Source of the DNA: a virus
Taxonomy: Duplodnaviria > Caudoviricetes
DNA length: 64,000 nucleotides
Direction: 5' to 3' (one strand)
Virus record (IMG/VR): IMGVR_UViG_3300031555_004524
Span: 1-64,000 of that record
In this document: piece after piece, positions 62,672-64,000 of the stretch
Layout: the number at the start of each line of letters is the position of its first letter
How positions within the stretch are numbered: the first letter of the stretch is position 1
The notes under the pieces: generated by a model
What the model saw: only the letters and a program-made list of their open reading frames with translations
Told to the model about the DNA's origin: nothing
Databases searched by the model: none
Program-made: the position numbers and the translations under genes

Positions 62672-64000
62672 TTACCCCTCCATTATTTTTTTCATATAAG
62701 GTTCCATATCTATTTCTGGTGTTATTTTATGGAATAATATATATGGTTCGTTTGGATCTATTTTATGGAATAATTTAATTGGCCCTGGAGTTCCTTCAAA
62801 TTTATGGAATAATTTTCTTGGATCTCTATCAATATTGAAACTTGGCATTTGTATATATCTAAAATAATATTCAATATCATCTAAGATTTGTCTGAAGTTT
62901 GCATATCCCAACCACCTATGACAGAATAATATAATATTCTGAGAGGTTAAATCTTCTATATACGATCCTCCTCTATCATATTTTTCATTACCAAATGGAT
63001 TTTCATATATATGAACTTTTTCTGGAATAAGAATTTTTCCTATCTGGGTATTAGGTGCCATATTATGCTCCCTTGCAATGCTAGGATAAAGTGATTTAAA
63101 GTCAAAGTCTACCAAATTATCCATAATATTCAATATCTGACCTAGATTATTTATCTTAGAAAAGTCACTATTATTTCTAGGATCAGTTACAATTGCACCA
63201 GCAAATTTTTCATTCTTTGTATCTTCTTCTCCGTAATCATCATTAACTTTAGTTGTAGCTGAGTTTCTATTATATTTATTGACATTATTTCCTATAATAA
63301 ATCCTCTAGCTGCAAATTCTTTTGTAGCTCGATTTGCAAGGTATACGGTTTGTCTATGAGCCTTATCATATCTAGTATTATTCATGATGCATTTCCCACA
63401 TACATAGTTTATATCTTGCACTTCTTCCTCTATACAATTCTGAACAATTGTATCCATGATATTATAGAATACAAATGTTTTATAATCCAAGTATGGTAAT
63501 TTTGAGATATTTGTGGTTATATGGCTATAATTTAATTTTCTAACTTTTGCTATAATACTACCAGCTGTATCCAATTTAAAGTTTGGAAATGCAGCTTGAC
63601 CTTTTCTTCTTGATGCAAAATGAATTAACTGGTCTAAATATACAGTGTGTGATGATATAGTATATTTATCACCTCTTAATGAATATTCATTTTTATGCTC
63701 TTCATCTATAAAATATTTTGCAACTTTTTCATTAGGTTTAAATGATGGATGACACATTATATCCGCAGGATTATAACCCAATGCAATTAATCTTTCATAT
63801 AAATATGGAACGTCGAATGCCATATTCCAAGCTAATAAGAAATCTGGTTCTTCTGAATTTATAATATCAAATAAATCTCTTATTAATTCTATTTCATAAT
63901 CGTAAAAGAAAAATTCAAATTCTAATTTATCTATATTAAATTTCTTAGCCCTTTCAATTCCGCCTACATTATCAATTATAAAATCTTGTAACTCTTTAAA
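62672..64000 (-). CDS. Split family-B DNA polymerase, exonuclease + motif A subunit (5' truncated by window)
   Basis: Frame open to the window edge; ExoII LAWNMAFD, ExoIII YNIMD, motif A DFDFKSLYPS. Confidence 0.9.
   Translation of the reverse strand, partial: FKELQDFIIDNVGGIERAKKFNIDKLEFEFFFYDYEIELIRDLFDIINSEEPDFLLAWNMAFDVPYLYERLIALGYNPADIMCHPSFKPNEKVAKYFIDEEHKNEYSLRGDKYTISSHTVYLDQLIHFASRRKGQAAFPNFKLDTAGSIIAKVRKLNYSHITTNISKLPYLDYKTFVFYNIMDTIVQNCIEEEVQDINYVCGKCIMNNTRYDKAHRQTVYLANRATKEFAARGFIIGNNVNKYNRNSATTKVNDDYGEEDTKNEKFAGAIVTDPRNNSDFSKINNLGQILNIMDNLVDFDFKSLYPSIAREHNMAPNTQIGKILIPEKVHIYENPFGNEKYDRGGSYIEDLTSQNIILFCHRWLGYANFRQILDDIEYYFRYIQMPSFNIDRDPRKLFHKFEGTPGPIKLFHKIDPNEPYILFHKITPEIDMEPYMKKIMEG

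Overview
This AT-rich 64-kb window is part of a jumbo myophage genome of the AR9/PBS1/phiR1-37 (phiKZ-related) type. The host is probably a Clostridia-like Firmicute, inferred from the endolysin cell-wall repeats and strong GGAGG Shine-Dalgarno (SD) sites. It reads in standard code 11. Core genes: a sigma-like promoter-specificity subunit of the non-virion RNA polymerase (nvRNAP), split by a group I intron (760-1830) carrying an HNH homing endonuclease; an RNAP beta' C-terminal subunit; both halves of a split family-B DNA polymerase; an SF2 helicase; terminase, portal, prohead protease, major capsid (MCP), tail sheath and tube. A 22-kb block (3.5-25.7 kb) runs from a two-enzyme endolysin to a holin. 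It encloses a GT2 glycosyltransferase and about ten modular fibre genes, including three collagen fibres and two paralogous proteins built from 23-aa Cys-rich LRR-like repeats. Best leads: (1) the two repeat arrays have hypervariable positions and share a 122-bp identical block, suggesting module-shuffling diversification; (2) a C-terminal LF(H/Y/N)K(I/F) peptide is shared by the DNA polymerase, helicase and RNAP; (3) several promoter-driven non-coding RNAs carry anti-SD segments, and one can pair over the RBS of a small membrane-protein gene 8 kb away; (4) the promoter code can be read directly (TATATTAT-N5-TGA; (A/C)ACA-N6-TA; AAC(T/C)-N6-TA). All homology calls come from motif recognition and recall, not from database searches.
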